Of a stretch of DNA of 25,439 nt, positions 23,563 to 25,439 are shown piece after piece (positions within the stretch are counted from its first letter, which is position 1; every line of letters begins with the position of its first letter). Both the position numbers and the translations under genes were made by a program. Origin of the DNA: a virus (Duplodnaviria; Caudoviricetes); IMG/VR virus record IMGVR_UViG_3300017903_001570, positions 1 to 25,439 of that record; one strand, 5' to 3'. Under the pieces are notes generated by a model. That model was not told the DNA's origin, did not search any database, and worked only from the letters and a program-made list of their open reading frames with translations.

Positions 23563-24222
23563 TTAGCCTTGGTTTGAACTTGAACCAGTAGTTGAACCAC
23601 CAGTACCTGGACCATCTGCTGCTGTTCTGCCAACGTTTGCACCAATACCAATACCAATGCTTTGTTCGCCAGCACCCCACTGTACCATGTTATCAAAACG
23701 TATAGTCAATGCTACTTGCATTGGCTCGTTAGTACCGTAGTTAGCATCACCGTAGTCCACGTTAGTTAGGAAACAGCCATACATGTTAGAAGTTTCTAAC
23801 ACTTGTGCGCCGCCTTCTAGTCCGCCGTTACCACCGTCTAGTACTTCAATTTTAGATGTAAATTTATAATCAATACCTGATCTTGCAGAAGCCTGTTCAA
23901 CAAAGTCGAACTGTTTCTGAACCTGTTGACCAACTAGTCTTTGTACTTCACCGCTTGCGTCATCACGTAAGTTTAGTGTTAACGTTTCAAATGTATACTT
24001 ACCTGCTAGGTATACTTTTGAGTTGTAAACGTCTAACGGCATTTCTTCAAAACCTACTTTAGGTCTTGACACATCAACTACTTGTTTAGTTAATTCAGTT
24101 GCAGCACTTACTCCAAATCCTAAAAGTGTCACCCTAAAGCGATACTTTAGTTTAGGCATCAAGAGCACTTGGTTGCCTGCGTCTGTCGGTACTGAAAAGT
24201 TATTTAATGATGTAATAGGCAT
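23563..24222 (-). CDS. gp19: Tail tube protein (gp19-like)
   Basis: Directly downstream of the sheath gene. Motifs: PKLKYRFRV, V.RP, YLAGK..FE..TL.LRDD, YGCF...V.YG...Y, TIRFD. Confidence 0.85.
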   Translation of the reverse strand: MPITSLNNFSVPTDAGNQVLLMPKLKYRFRVTLLGFGVSAATELTKQVVDVSRPKVGFEEMPLDVYNSKVYLAGKYTFETLTLNLRDDASGEVQRLVGQQVQKQFDFVEQASARSGIDYKFTSKIEVLDGGNGGLEGGAQVLETSNMYGCFLTNVDYGDANYGTNEPMQVALTIRFDNMVQWGAGEQSIGIGIGANVGRTAADGPGTGGSTTGSSSNQG

Positions 24223-24225
24223 GTC

Positions 24226-25439
24226 TTATATCTCCCCTGTGTTCTTGACACGCAACGGAATGTATATAAACTCAATAGCCTTGACAGGTTCAATAGCAAT
24301 GTCAACATAAAGTTCATTTCTATCTACTCTTGCTGGCGTATTGTTTGTTTCGTCACATACTACTGCGAAATCATAAATTGCTCTAAGACCAACTAGTTCA
24401 AGAAGTAAACTTTCAACTGCCTGTTTTACTTCATCTCTAGTAATCTTATCATTTGGTTCAAAGATATACGGACGAGCCAATTTGTTAAGTTGACTACGTA
24501 AGTATACAACTAAACGTGCTACGTTAATTCTGTCTAGCGCAGAAGCATTTCTTGCTCTAGTTTTTTGTCCGTAGTTAACCAATCCAACACCATTAAAGAA
24601 TGTAATTGGATTAATTTTTAGATCATATAGTGTATCTCTTTGTCCTTCGTTAAGTGCAACTGTTTGGAACTCTCCTGATGCTGCATCAATAAATCCTACT
24701 GCTGTAGCATTTGAAATGCCGCCTCGTCTTGTTCCTGCAGGTGCAAACCATGGAAACGATACTTGGTCGCTTAGTGCGATAGTTCTCATCATCATGTGTG
24801 ATGCTGGAACAACTGCGTTTGAACCACCTAAGTCAGTTGTAAATCCGTTTGGATAAAACGTTCCTAAGTATTCATCGTATGTTACCAATCCATCATCGCC
24901 ATTGTCTGTTACTAGGCTAGCATTTGTTCCCCAGTTAGTCAATGTAGTTGCATCTGCTGCTAATCTAAGTGGTGTGTCACCAATAACAAATGCTGTTAAG
25001 CCTCTGTCAATGTTTAGATTAACTAGGTTGCTCATTAATTCAGGATAACCTGGAGCAGTAATAATGTTGAAGTTACGTCTTTCTTCATCACGTACTTGAC
25101 TGCTTGTGTCAACTGCACTCTTCATTCTTTGTACAACAACTTTACGTTGTGCTTTTCTTCCGAATGAACCTGAACCGTCTTCATTGTTACCTGATTCAGT
25201 TACCCAACGATCAGTTGCATAATCTGCCATTGCTTCGTCATTGTTAAAGCGTTGGTTATCTGCTGTGATATCAATGTAGTTGTTAGCATAACGTTTTACG
25301 TTACCGCCACTTCTACGTAAGTTCCATAACAGCATACCTTGTGGATATAATGCTGGGTCTGGAGCATCTGGATCTAAGAAATCAACTTTCATTAAATCTT
25401 TTATAGTTGCTGCTGTGTTACCAGTAGCACCCGATGAAC
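24226..25439 (-). CDS. gp18: Contractile tail sheath protein (gp18-like), C-terminal part; ORF continues beyond the right edge
   Basis: Motifs: PWFAPAG.RRG, RD.LY..KINPI, YGQKT, DRINVARL, FEPND..TR, VCDETNNTP, I.IEPVKAIEFIYI. The frame is open upstream of the supplied Met to the window edge. Confidence 0.95.
   Translation of the reverse strand, partial: SSGATGNTAATIKDLMKVDFLDPDAPDPALYPQGMLLWNLRRSGGNVKRYANNYIDITADNQRFNNDEAMADYATDRWVTESGNNEDGSGSFGRKAQRKVVVQRMKSAVDTSSQVRDEERRNFNIITAPGYPELMSNLVNLNIDRGLTAFVIGDTPLRLAADATTLTNWGTNASLVTDNGDDGLVTYDEYLGTFYPNGFTTDLGGSNAVVPASHMMMRTIALSDQVSFPWFAPAGTRRGGISNATAVGFIDAASGEFQTVALNEGQRDTLYDLKINPITFFNGVGLVNYGQKTRARNASALDRINVARLVVYLRSQLNKLARPYIFEPNDKITRDEVKQAVESLLLELVGLRAIYDFAVVCDETNNTPARVDRNELYVDIAIEPVKAIEFIYIPLRVKNTGEI

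Noticed and set aside
23547-23564. Inverted repeat AATACTAA-AA-TTAGTATT at the tail tube stop
   Set aside because: It is short and almost all A/T, so plausible by chance; the adjacent GC-rich hairpin already explains termination.
1098-23696. Numerous short opposite-strand or nested ORFs in the supplied track (e.g. 1098-1316, 6505-6795, 12444-12830, 12865-13137, 18370-18684, 23495-23696)
   Set aside because: They are antisense shadows of well-supported genes or span promoters and terminators, and show no recognisable motifs.
1-25439. Stop-codon reassignment, as seen in some large phages
   Set aside because: Conserved genes (uvsX, terL, gp32, tube, sheath) translate uninterrupted under the standard code, and coding density is high.
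1-25439. tRNA, rRNA or CRISPR array
   Set aside because: Intergenic gaps are short, and no cloverleaf or regularly spaced direct repeats were seen by eye.

Overview
This window is part of an AT-rich, T4-like (myovirus, probably large) phage genome with dense, mostly minus-strand coding under the standard genetic code. From left to right it holds four blocks. (1) A partial UvsW-like helicase and an unknown 400-aa gene under a consensus sigma70 promoter. (2) A ~7.8 kb glycan-synthesis island with five paralogous capsule-synthesis-like GT-B proteins, two GT-A proteins, a HIGH-nucleotidyltransferase/cupin fusion, a 2OG-Fe(II) oxygenase and a methyltransferase-like protein. (3) The recombination/replication block uvsY-uvsX-gp32, followed by a divergently oriented two-gene cassette encoding an unusually minimal DnaE-type polymerase. 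(4) Late morphogenesis genes: a large modular acidic protein, large and small terminase, putative internal head proteins, gp4, a tube-like baseplate protein, tail tube and a partial tail sheath. The most notable signals are the stripped-down DnaE (no PHP, apparently no HhH/clamp-binding region), the apparently late-expressed glycosylation island, T4-type late promoters placed 5 nt before start codons (leaderless mRNAs), a structured intergenic element before uvsX, and a possible protease-processed modular head protein. All calls come from motif recognition by eye; no database searches were run.
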